From: a virus
Taxonomy: Duplodnaviria > Caudoviricetes
Direction: 5' to 3' (one strand)
DNA: 60,468 bases
IMG/VR virus record: IMGVR_UViG_3300036793_000054
Span: 1 to 60,468 of that record
Shown here: piece by piece, positions 52,814-60,468 of the stretch
How the letters are laid out: every line of letters starts with the position of its first letter
How positions within the stretch are numbered: the stretch's first letter is position 1
Program-made: the position numbers and the translations under genes
The notes under the pieces: model-generated
What the model saw: only the letters and a program-made list of their open reading frames with translations
Databases searched by the model: none
Told to the model about the DNA's origin: nothing

Positions 52814-52978
52814 CGCTTGTATTACGACGTGTTACTGAGGGTAGAATTCCCCACGGTCCTCGTCCTCCTCGTGTGTCGGAGATGGCGGGGGCAAGTCCCG
52901 AGTCGAGCCCTCCCCCCACGGTCGGGCTCCTCGGGGCGCCCAGCGCCGGTAGCGAGATCGTACGCCGAGTGACCGCGA

Positions 52979-53596
52979 TCAGAACAGGGTGCCGTCGCCC
53001 CATTCCACAGTATCCACAGTGGACACTTGCTCACTTGCTTGAGTGTGCGAGCTCGGGTGATCCACCTTGATCAGATCCTCGCCGTGCTCCTGCCGCCAGG
53101 AGATCGACCGACCCAGCGGCGTCAGCTCCCAGACCGTCCACTCTGTGTCACCATGCCAGCGCGTCCGGGCGCTCGGCCGCACCAGGCCGTAGTCCACCAG
53201 CTCGCCACGCCGGGGTCGCTCGGTGCTCGGCGACATTTTCAGTGTCTGCTGAAGCTCGAAGTCCGTTTTGCCGTTTCCCTCGGTCAACTCGAGCAACACC
53301 AGCGAGCGCTGGGTACCCGTCCGCATTGTGATCGCGGTTGCTGCCGCCCGGCTGGTCGCCCTGGCGTCGCTGCGCACCTTGCCGGTGCGGTCGCCCGCAG
53401 CCAACTGCTCGGCGCCGGAGAGACGCTCCAGGGCCTGTGTCACCGACCGCTCAATGATGCCCAGCTCGGTCAGGATGCCGTTGGACACCTGCAGCACGTC
53501 GGAGACCCGAGACGACTGATCGAGACCGCGAGACACGTAGCGCGCCCGCTGCACCGCCGCGTGCGCCTGCGCCAGCAAGTCGTGCAGGTCAGCCAT
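52979..53596 (-). CDS. Winged-HTH DNA-binding protein
   Basis: TSRAAA...TDFEL...ERPRRGELVDYGLV...VW. Confidence 0.65.
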   Translation of the reverse strand: MADLHDLLAQAHAAVQRARYVSRGLDQSSRVSDVLQVSNGILTELGIIERSVTQALERLSGAEQLAAGDRTGKVRSDARATSRAAATAITMRTGTQRSLVLLELTEGNGKTDFELQQTLKMSPSTERPRRGELVDYGLVRPSARTRWHGDTEWTVWELTPLGRSISWRQEHGEDLIKVDHPSSHTQASEQVSTVDTVEWGDGTLF

Positions 53597-53996
53597 GACG
53601 CACCAACGGCATGCCGAGAGCCAGCCGCAGCTCCTCGATCGCCACGCTGATCGCCCGGCTGCGCTCCTCGAACTTGCCGTACGCTTTGGCGCGTTCGACC
53701 TGCACCAGCGCTTCGACGATGTGCACGTTCGCCCTGCCGCTGATGTCCTCCTCCTTGATCTTCATTGCCCGATCGGCGATCTCGCGCTCCTGCTGGACCG
53801 TGTACCGCAGGCGCAGCACCTCGTCCGCGAGGATCTTCGACTGGCTGGCCCATTCCTCGCGCCCTTTGTCGTCGATCTCGGTGCGCCATGCGTCATTAAT
53901 CGCACCGTTGACCAGGCTGGCCTGCCAGTCCACGGGGTGCTCCAGCCCCACGTGCTCCAGCGTGAAATTCGTGTCGTACTCGATGCCGTCAGGCAT
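53589..53996 (-). CDS. Hypothetical protein
   Basis: Operon ORF. Confidence 0.6.
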   Translation of the reverse strand: MPDGIEYDTNFTLEHVGLEHPVDWQASLVNGAINDAWRTEIDDKGREEWASQSKILADEVLRLRYTVQQEREIADRAMKIKEEDISGRANVHIVEALVQVERAKAYGKFEERSRAISVAIEELRLALGMPLVRHG

Positions 53997-53999
53997 GAT

Positions 54000-54695
54000 C
54001 TACTTCCCTTCCTTGCGTTCGACCTTGACGCCCCGGTAGCGCACGTTCTTGCGGATCGAGCTGGAGACGGTGGACGAGACACCGTCACCCCCCGGCGTGC
54101 GCGCCAGCTCGGCCGCGAACGCACGCACCTTCGACACCTGCGGAGTGAACTTGCCGAGCGTGCCCAGCATGGTCAGCGCGTCCGTGATCAACTGGGCCAG
54201 GATGCCCTCGCGTTCGTCCCAGTCCTGATCGGGTGTCTGGCGAATGTCCTCGCGAAACAAGCGTTCGATCAGCTCCGCGCTGTCGGACAGCACCGCGAAG
54301 GCCACGGCCGACCGCAGCGCGTCCGGGTCGATGTCGTATTCGTTCTGGGTGTCCAGGGTGATCTTTACGTCGCCCTCGGCGTCTGGCACGGTGAGCGGAC
54401 TCGCGGGGATGCCGTCCTGATCGCCGACCGCCGTGATCAGCTCCTCCTCGGCGATCGCCAGCGCTTCCTTGCGCGCGAAGTCGAACGCGTCTCGGTACTC
54501 CAGGCACGCCCGGATCACGTCGGCCAGACTGCGCTGCATCGGGAACGTGTCCTCCGGCTGGTGCACGTCGCCGCGCCGCCGCCGCTCGGTGATGACGCCA
54601 GCTTCGATCTGTTCGCGCAGCACGGTGCGGATGTTGCGCGCGGTCGGCAGCGTCTGGCCGCCCAGGACCAGCGCGGTCTCGTCAGAGTCGGTCAT
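54000..54695 (-). CDS. Hypothetical protein
   Basis: MTDSDETALV..., GC3-biased. Confidence 0.65.
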   Translation of the reverse strand: MTDSDETALVLGGQTLPTARNIRTVLREQIEAGVITERRRRGDVHQPEDTFPMQRSLADVIRACLEYRDAFDFARKEALAIAEEELITAVGDQDGIPASPLTVPDAEGDVKITLDTQNEYDIDPDALRSAVAFAVLSDSAELIERLFREDIRQTPDQDWDEREGILAQLITDALTMLGTLGKFTPQVSKVRAFAAELARTPGGDGVSSTVSSSIRKNVRYRGVKVERKEGK

Positions 54696-54867
54696 CGGCG
54701 TATCCCTGTACCTCGTCGGCCAGGTCGCGAAGTACCTGCGCCAGGTCGTAAAGATCCGCGTCGTCGGCACTGGCGACTGGGAAGTGTTGTTGATCATTCA
54801 GCGAAATGATCACATCGATATGCTGTCCGGTTCGGCCCCAGTTCTGGGCCATGCTCGGCAGGCTCAC
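54682..54867 (-). CDS. Hypothetical protein
   Basis: GAGGAG RBS, GTGA overlap. Confidence 0.55.
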   Translation of the reverse strand: MSLPSMAQNWGRTGQHIDVIISLNDQQHFPVASADDADLYDLAQVLRDLADEVQGYADDRL

Positions 54868-55133
54868 GGTGTCTCGTCTCCTCGGTGCTGATACTCGGTG
54901 ATGGTGTCGAGCAGGCCGCGCATGAACTGCTCGCTCTCGGCGGTCAGGTCCGGCGCGACGTTGAACAGGTCACGCATGGACTGCGCGTAGCTGTCGACCA
55001 TGCTGGGCGTCCAGGACTCGATCGCCCAGTTGGCCAGCCGCTGGCCGCGCTCGTAGGGGTCGACCTCCGGCGTGAACGCGCCGTGCGGGAACGAGTCCAT
55101 GACGCGCTCAGAACGGGCGCTCGGTTGCGACAC
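54864..55133 (-). CDS. Hypothetical protein
   Basis: GGAGG RBS. Confidence 0.55.
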   Translation of the reverse strand: MSQPSARSERVMDSFPHGAFTPEVDPYERGQRLANWAIESWTPSMVDSYAQSMRDLFNVAPDLTAESEQFMRGLLDTITEYQHRGDETP

Positions 55134-55374
55134 GGGACACCTCCAGTTCGATCGTCTCGTCTTCGGCGAGGTATGCGGTGCTGTCGATCTGCGGGATGAC
55201 ACAGCCGGTGCACAGCTCGTAGTAGTCGGTGTTGAGCTCGGTGCCGGTGTCGGTGACCAGGCGCAGGAGCGAGGTGACCGGCTCCTCGGCGCAGCGCGGG
55301 CAGCTGGCACCCTGGCTCGGCACGTCGTCGACGATGGTCAGCCGGATGTCGTAGCTGGCGTTCTCCTCGGTCAT
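55108..55374 (-). CDS. Hypothetical zinc-binding protein (leaderless)
   Basis: CPRC...CTGC; ATG 7 nt after TAACAT. Confidence 0.65.
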   Translation of the reverse strand: MTEENASYDIRLTIVDDVPSQGASCPRCAEEPVTSLLRLVTDTGTELNTDYYELCTGCVIPQIDSTAYLAEDETIELEVSRVATERPF

Positions 55375-55381
55375 GAGAATC

Positions 55382-55410
55382 ATGTTACCCGGTGATCCTT
55401 CGGGACACAA
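55382..55410 (-). promoter_or_regulatory. Repeated promoter/operator, copy 15
   Basis: TTGTGT-CCCGAAGGATCACCGGG-TAACAT. Confidence 0.85.
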
Positions 55411-55413
55411 GGC

Positions 55414-55444
55414 GAGACCCCCCGACTGGGTGCCGGGGGGTCTC
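55414..55444 (-). terminator. Terminator after ssb
   Basis: GAGACCCCCCG/CGGGGGGTCTC. Confidence 0.75.
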
Positions 55445-55459
55445 TTCAATGGGGGTTGT

Positions 55460-55960
55460 CTAGAACGGCGGCTCGCCGTTGTAGCCATTCGGGCCAACCG
55501 GTGCGGGCGCCGGAGCAGTGTTCCACAGGTCATCGTCGGCAGCCTTCGCCGCACTCGGCCTGGCGTACTGCCCCTGCGACGCGCCAGCACCCTCACGGTC
55601 CGGCCGATTCACCTTGGCGGTCGCATAGCGCAGCGACGGACCAACCTCGTCCACCTCGAGCTCGATGACCGTGCGGCGCTCGCCGTCCTTGGTGTCGAAG
55701 GTGCGCTGCTTCAGGCTGCCCTGCGCGATCACCCGCGATCCGCGCTTCAGAGTCTCGGCCACGTTCTCCGCCATCTGGCGCCACGCCGAGCAGCGCATGA
55801 ACAGCGCTTCGCCGTCTTTCCACTCGCCGCTGGCCTTGTCGAACTTGCGTGGCGTGCTGGCCACGGTGAAGCTGACCACCGCCGCCCCGCCCTGGGTGAA
55901 CCGCAGTTCTGGATCGGCGGTCAGATTGCCGACCACAGTGATCGTTGTTTCGCCTGCCAT
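55460..55960 (-). CDS. ssb: Single-stranded DNA-binding protein
   Basis: [22 protein letters not shown]...EPPF, actinobacterial SSB. Confidence 0.97.
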   Translation of the reverse strand: MAGETTITVVGNLTADPELRFTQGGAAVVSFTVASTPRKFDKASGEWKDGEALFMRCSAWRQMAENVAETLKRGSRVIAQGSLKQRTFDTKDGERRTVIELEVDEVGPSLRYATAKVNRPDREGAGASQGQYARPSAAKAADDDLWNTAPAPAPVGPNGYNGEPPF

Positions 55961-55981
55961 GTTGATCTCCTCGGTTGTTGA

Positions 55982-56803
55982 TCAGGTGTTGAAGTTCGGT
56001 GCGTTGAACGAGGCCCCGACGCTACGCGCGATCGACTGGAACCCGGACAGCATCGAACGCAAGTTGTGCATGGTGTCCGCAACCGCCTTGGCCAGCGTCT
56101 CCGTCTCCATCTTGCGTCGATACAGCTGCTCGCACGCCACCAGGGCGTCCGCCTCGCGCACCTCCTTGGACCGGCCGGTCGACTCGATGATCGCCTTCGC
56201 GTGCGCCAGCTCGTACTCCAGCGCCGCGTTGTGCGCCTCCACCACGCATCGACGCTGGAAGTACTGGCCCTGCTCCAGCCGCTGGGCGATACTCACCAGC
56301 TGCAGCTCGACATCCGCAGGCGTGTAGACCTGGGTCGGGTCGATCGCGGCCAGTACCGACTCAATCGGGTCCACCGGCACCACAGCAGACTCCGGCAGCA
56401 CCATCACGCCGGTCAGCTGCTCCTGGGTGCCCATGTCCGGGTTGTAGCCGCTGCTCTCGTCCGACGTGTCCCACGGTGGCGAGCCGTCCTCCCAGGGCGC
56501 ATCGAGGCCTGCCGCATCGGCGGCGGCTTCGCTCGGCGCACCCTGGATGTGCTCGGCAACCGCAGCCTGGACGGCAGTCCGCGTGCCGATCGCAGGCAGA
56601 TCCTCGCCCTGCACGTCGGTCTGCTCGGTGATCACGATCGGCCGCTCGGCGTGGTATTCCTCCGGCGGGATGCCGAGCGTCACGCCGCAGGCGCAGTGCA
56701 CCGCGCCCGCAGAGGTCAGCTCGATCTTCTCGGGGCTCTGCTGCGCGCAGCCGCGATGCAGCGGGCGCCAGTTCGTTTCCAGCAGGATCTCGGCGATCTT
56801 CAC
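55982..56803 (-). CDS. Hypothetical protein, helical C-terminus (recombination operon)
   Basis: Between ERF and ssb. Confidence 0.7.
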   Translation of the reverse strand: MKIAEILLETNWRPLHRGCAQQSPEKIELTSAGAVHCACGVTLGIPPEEYHAERPIVITEQTDVQGEDLPAIGTRTAVQAAVAEHIQGAPSEAAADAAGLDAPWEDGSPPWDTSDESSGYNPDMGTQEQLTGVMVLPESAVVPVDPIESVLAAIDPTQVYTPADVELQLVSIAQRLEQGQYFQRRCVVEAHNAALEYELAHAKAIIESTGRSKEVREADALVACEQLYRRKMETETLAKAVADTMHNLRSMLSGFQSIARSVGASFNAPNFNT

Positions 56804-57906
56804 GACTGCACCGCAGCCTTGTCCTCGGCACGCTCAGCGTCGGTCGGGAACTGGACCCGGCGGGCGACGTAGAGCGCCTTGCCGAACGCGTTGCCGTCGT
56901 GCAGCCGCACCAGCAGGCCGAGCTGGTCCGCGTAGATGATGATCTTGTTGACCTGGTCGCGTGACTTCGAGGCCTGCGCTGCGGTCAGCGCCTTGCTGAT
57001 CGTCACCATCTGGTTGTCGGTCGTGTCCGGCCAGCCCTGACCGGCCGTCGCCCGGCGAGCGATCTCCTTGCTCGCTGCCGACAGCACCTCGTTCGCACGC
57101 TGCTCGCGCCACTCCGGCGTGTCCTGCTCCTGGCCGATCTCGCGGGCGCCCAGCTCGGTCTTGAGCGTCTCGACACCGGCCGCCATCGGGTCGCCGTTGA
57201 CCTTCTCCCGCGCTTCGTGGACAGCCTGGGTCTGCGCCTGCTGGTCGTCCAGTTTGGCTGCGGTCGGCTCGGTGACGCCGTTGCTGCCGGTGGTCATGGT
57301 CGCCTGCTGTGGTGCCACGCCAGCCTGGTTGCCGTCCACGTAGGCCTTCGTCGGCTGACCGGCCGCCTGCGCCTGAGCCTCGCGGCGCTCGCGCAGGATC
57401 CGCTGGGCGTCCGTCTCCGTCTCGTCCTGGTACTCGGGACGCTCGTTGTCCGGGTCAGCCATGTCCTTGAATGCGATCGCGTAGACCTGGGTGAACGCGG
57501 ATTTCATCGCGCCGGTCATCGCCTTCGGGACGCTCTTGTCGCCGGAGTCGAGACCCTCACCGACACCTTCACCAACCAGCGTGCTGCCGTCGATCAGGCT
57601 GGTGAAGGTGTAGCGCACGGTGATGATGCTGCGGTGCCAGTGAGTGATCTTGTCGCCCCACTTCTCATCATGCTTGGTCGTCTCGTAGGACTCGGTCTCG
57701 ATGTTCAAGACCCGAGACTGCGGCATGATCGAGAACTTGCGGAAGGCCTCGCCGAGCTCGTTGACCACGTCATCGGCCTTGCGGAAGTTGTAGTTCGGTC
57801 CTCCGCGAACTTCCATCCGGCCGCTCTTGCTAATGCTGCGCACCTCGTCCATGACCTCGCCGACCGACGCCAGGATGGCAGGGTGGGCGGTTGTCTCCTC
57901 GGACAT
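56800..57906 (-). CDS. ERF-family single-strand annealing protein
   Basis: YNFR..DDV, DGS....GEGLDSGDKSVPKAMTGAMK. Confidence 0.85.
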   Translation of the reverse strand: MSEETTAHPAILASVGEVMDEVRSISKSGRMEVRGGPNYNFRKADDVVNELGEAFRKFSIMPQSRVLNIETESYETTKHDEKWGDKITHWHRSIITVRYTFTSLIDGSTLVGEGVGEGLDSGDKSVPKAMTGAMKSAFTQVYAIAFKDMADPDNERPEYQDETETDAQRILRERREAQAQAAGQPTKAYVDGNQAGVAPQQATMTTGSNGVTEPTAAKLDDQQAQTQAVHEAREKVNGDPMAAGVETLKTELGAREIGQEQDTPEWREQRANEVLSAASKEIARRATAGQGWPDTTDNQMVTISKALTAAQASKSRDQVNKIIIYADQLGLLVRLHDGNAFGKALYVARRVQFPTDAERAEDKAAVQS

Positions 57907-57922
57907 TCTCTGTCTCTCCGTC

Positions 57923-58459
57923 TCAGTTGATCTTGCGGGACTTGGCGTAGGCCGTCAGACCGTCTTCAACCGCGACCGCGACGCTACGGCCGGAGGCCTG
58001 GATGCGGTCGCGGGCGGCCAGGTAGGGCGCGGTCGGCACCGTGAAGCGCAGCCGGTAGCGGTCCACGCCGTAGCTGCGCAGGGGCAGCCGCTGCCGCTGG
58101 ATGCGCCGCACCGCGAGGTCCACCTTGGCCTGGATCTCGGGATCGCTCGCGCCGCGCTTGCGCATCCGCTTCGTGGTGGTCTCCACCGCGCGGGCGATGC
58201 GCTCCTTGATCAGCGCCTGGTGCTTCGCGATCTGTGCGTGCGTGACCTTGCTGGCCGCGTCGAACAGGATCGCTCGCGCCACGTCGTTGACGTTCTGACC
58301 GTTGTAGGCGGCCACCGCGCGCACGGCTTCGTGCAGGGCGTGCGTGATCCGCACGTCTACTTCCGTCTCGTCGGTCTCGTTGCTGGCGCTGGACTGCGGC
58401 TGAGCGCGAGCGGCATAGCCGCGCGCCAGCTGTGCCAGCTCTCGTGCAGTCGTGTTCAT
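57923..58459 (-). CDS. Basic protein, possible ribbon-helix-helix regulator (leaderless)
   Basis: VDVRITHALHEAVRAVA...VNDVARAIL and a similar second segment; ATG 6 nt after TAACAT. Confidence 0.6.
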   Translation of the reverse strand: MNTTARELAQLARGYAARAQPQSSASNETDETEVDVRITHALHEAVRAVAAYNGQNVNDVARAILFDAASKVTHAQIAKHQALIKERIARAVETTTKRMRKRGASDPEIQAKVDLAVRRIQRQRLPLRSYGVDRYRLRFTVPTAPYLAARDRIQASGRSVAVAVEDGLTAYAKSRKIN

Positions 58460-58465
58460 ACGGCG

Positions 58466-58495
58466 ATGTTACCCCAGGCTGGAACGGGATACAAT
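58466..58495. promoter_or_regulatory. Repeated promoter/operator, copy 16 (bidirectional)
   Basis: Minus: TTGTAT-17-TAACAT; plus: TACAAT 6 nt before ATG 58502. Confidence 0.85.
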
Positions 58496-58501
58496 CACCT
58501 C

Positions 58502-58867
58502 ATGACGATCAGACCGAACTGGCTCAAGATCCGCGCTCAGCTGTGGGAGCGCTGCTCAGGCCGCTGTGAAGTCACCGGCATACCGCTCGGCGACAACTGG
58601 GCCGTCCACCACCGCCGCAAGAAAGGGATGGGCGGCACCTCGCTGCCGGACGTGCACGCGCTCTACAACCTGATGGCGGTCACGCACGCCGCGCACAACC
58701 TCGGCACCATGTCCATCCACCTCAATCCCGAGTGGTCCAAGCGGCTCGGCTACCTCATCCCCGCCTGGGACGACCCGCAGCTGCGCCCGCTCGTCCTGCT
58801 CGGCCGCCGCAACGTGTGGCTCACCGCAGATGGTCACTACACCAGCGAGCCCCCCGCTTGCGCGTAG
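58502..58867 (+). CDS. HNH-like endonuclease
   Basis: RCSGRCE...HHRRKKGMGG...NL...H....IHLNP...GYLI. Confidence 0.75.
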   Translation: MTIRPNWLKIRAQLWERCSGRCEVTGIPLGDNWAVHHRRKKGMGGTSLPDVHALYNLMAVTHAAHNLGTMSIHLNPEWSKRLGYLIPAWDDPQLRPLVLLGRRNVWLTADGHYTSEPPACA

Positions 58868-58879
58868 CGGGGGGCTCGC
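58845..58879. terminator. Terminator hairpin between convergent genes
   Basis: 14-bp stem GCGAGCCCCCCGCT/AGCGGGGGGCTCGC. Confidence 0.8.
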
Positions 58880-58919
58880 CTGGGATCAACATGAATGCCC
58901 GAGGAGGCATGCGCTCAGT

Positions 58920-59273
58920 TTAGACGGTCGCGGACGGTTTCGGCGCCACGCTGTCCGCGACCGGCGCGGGCTGGTAGTTCGGTGCGCTCGGGTGGCCCAG
59001 TGCGAAAACCACCACCAGCCGAGCCGCCCAGGAGTCCAGCTGCGGGACCTTCGTCTCGGCCCAGCGCCACAGCGCATACCACGCGAAGGTGAGCACCGCG
59101 CCCAGGGCGTTGACCGCGAGATCGTGGTAGGTGGCCAGGAAGGTTGCCGGGATGCCGAGGCTGATTGCCCAGGCGACCGCGTAGCCCCACAGCAGCGGGA
59201 CGCCGGTACGGATCAGGGATATCGCCAGGTTGGACAGTGGGCCGCCCTGTGGTTGCTGGTGTGTCATGATCAT
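58920..59273 (-). CDS. Putative holin
   Basis: SLIRTGVPLLWG...WYALWRWAE...LG..P.Y; 2-3 TM; follows tail genes. Confidence 0.65.
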   Translation of the reverse strand: MIMTHQQPQGGPLSNLAISLIRTGVPLLWGYAVAWAISLGIPATFLATYHDLAVNALGAVLTFAWYALWRWAETKVPQLDSWAARLVVVFALGHPSAPNYQPAPVADSVAPKPSATV

Positions 59274-59276
59274 CTC

Positions 59277-60468
59277 CTAGAAGGTGCGGAACGTCAGTGC
59301 GTCCTTGACGCCGTCGCTGGTATTGATGGTGCGCTTGATGCCAGTCAAGCTGACATAGATCTCCGCGCCGATCGAGTCCTCATCCTCATCGGTCAACATC
59401 ACCACGTCCTGCAGCTGCAGGCGCGGATCGCCCACGATCGACACATCCTGGATGTAGGGGCGCGGCTGCTTGGTGTCGGCCAGCAGCAGGTTCATCAGCG
59501 TGGTGGTCGTCGGAGGATCCTGCAGCCAATCGTTGGCGGGCACGTTGAGCACGCGCGGTCCGTACTGGCTGACCGAGGTCGGGTCGGAGACCATCGGGCT
59601 TGCGTCGGAGAAGTCCTGCACGATCGTGCCGCCGACGTGCAAGAACGGCGTGTTGTCGTCCACGGAAAACTGGAGCGTCTGGCTGCTGTTCGCGCTGATC
59701 ATGTTCAGCTGCATAGACCGCGAGTCCTGGCCGTTGATCGCCGCGATGACGTTGACGCCGGAGCCGACCGCCGGGGGGGAACCCTGTGCACTGCTGCCCT
59801 GCTGGTAGGCGGTGAACCCGTTGTACCAGAAGTCCGGTTTGTAGAAGCTCATCCAGTCCTGCCAGGTGAACAGGCCGGACGGACCGGCGCCGCCCGGCTC
59901 GGACGGATCGATCGGGTTGCCGATCCCCTGGGCCTGCGGGTGCCACAGCACGGGGCCGAGTCGGATGGACTGCACGTCGGTATTGCTGACCGAGTAGGAC
60001 AGGTTGGCCAGCGGGGGCACCTGGAACTGGTTGGCCTGCTGTCCTTTGTAGATCGACGAATAAGGTACCGCCGCGCGTCGCTTCGTCGACCAGTTGATCA
60101 TGTTGGCGATGGTGGCCTGGTTCGCCTCCGGATCGATGTCGAACAGCGAATCCAGGCCGTACGTCACCACCGACAGCGACGTGTCCTGCCGGGCCAGGAT
60201 CGTCGCCCGGTTGTCGAAGTGCATGGTGCCGAATTCGTCGGAGTAGATCGCGCCCAGCTCCGCGCCGACCACGCTCTTGAGCGTCGTCCACAGATCCGCC
60301 CCGTCGATGTCGGCCAGCTGCCACAGCCGGGTCAGCGACTGATCCACCGCCGCCGTGCGCACCCCGGTCGTGGTGAACGGCGGCGGGATCACGCCGGAAA
60401 ACGCGGTATCTTGCTGATACCACACCTGGCCGTACTGGACCGGGCCGAAGATCTGGAACTGGCACAGG
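59277..60468 (-). CDS. Minor tail protein, 3' part (joins 1..1533)
   Basis: DEFGTMHFDNR, SVSQYGPRVL, GDPRLQLQDVV tail-hub motifs. Confidence 0.85.
   Translation of the reverse strand, partial: LCQFQIFGPVQYGQVWYQQDTAFSGVIPPPFTTTGVRTAAVDQSLTRLWQLADIDGADLWTTLKSVVGAELGAIYSDEFGTMHFDNRATILARQDTSLSVVTYGLDSLFDIDPEANQATIANMINWSTKRRAAVPYSSIYKGQQANQFQVPPLANLSYSVSNTDVQSIRLGPVLWHPQAQGIGNPIDPSEPGGAGPSGLFTWQDWMSFYKPDFWYNGFTAYQQGSSAQGSPPAVGSGVNVIAAINGQDSRSMQLNMISANSSQTLQFSVDDNTPFLHVGGTIVQDFSDASPMVSDPTSVSQYGPRVLNVPANDWLQDPPTTTTLMNLLLADTKQPRPYIQDVSIVGDPRLQLQDVVMLTDEDEDSIGAEIYVSLTGIKRTINTSDGVKDALTFRTF
60273..60468. repeat. Terminal direct repeat, right copy
   Basis: Matches 1-196. Confidence 0.97.

Noticed and set aside
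12974-58495. Repeated element read as CRISPR repeats or att sites
   Set aside because: Dispersed, variable centre, always upstream of gene starts; no cas or integrase seen
1-60468. tRNA, rRNA, reverse transcriptase/DGR, DNA-modification genes
   Set aside because: None recognised by eye; tRNAscan and HMM searches not run

Overview
The window is essentially one complete, circularly permuted genome (about 60,272 bp) of a high-GC tailed phage of Actinobacteria, siphovirus-type. Bases 1-196 are repeated at 60273-60468, and one minor tail gene spans that junction. Almost all genes lie on the minus strand. Recognisable virion genes: terminase, portal-MuF fusion, maturation protease, two capsid proteins, major tail, tape measure and tail proteins. 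Also present: a DUF1906-type lysin, holin, Rep initiator with DnaB/AAA helicase, SSB, ERF, WhiB, HNH and VRR-NUC nucleases, and dozens of small accessory genes. I could not recognise an integrase, classical repressor, ParAB or DNA polymerase. Most notable: (1) a plus-strand operon resembling an actinomycete plasmid transfer module (small membrane protein, DUF2637/Spd-like protein, TraB/FtsK-like translocase), overlaid by 19 GGTACC palindromes in 1.6 kb; (2) 16 copies of a quasi-palindromic promoter/operator, TTGTNW-CCCG-N9/10-CGGG-TAACAT, many driving leaderless genes and five carrying an upstream CAGGT box; (3) a -1 frameshift signal (C_CCT_TTC plus hairpin) that would fuse the capsid protease to a downstream domain. 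All assignments come from motif recognition by eye; no database searches were run.
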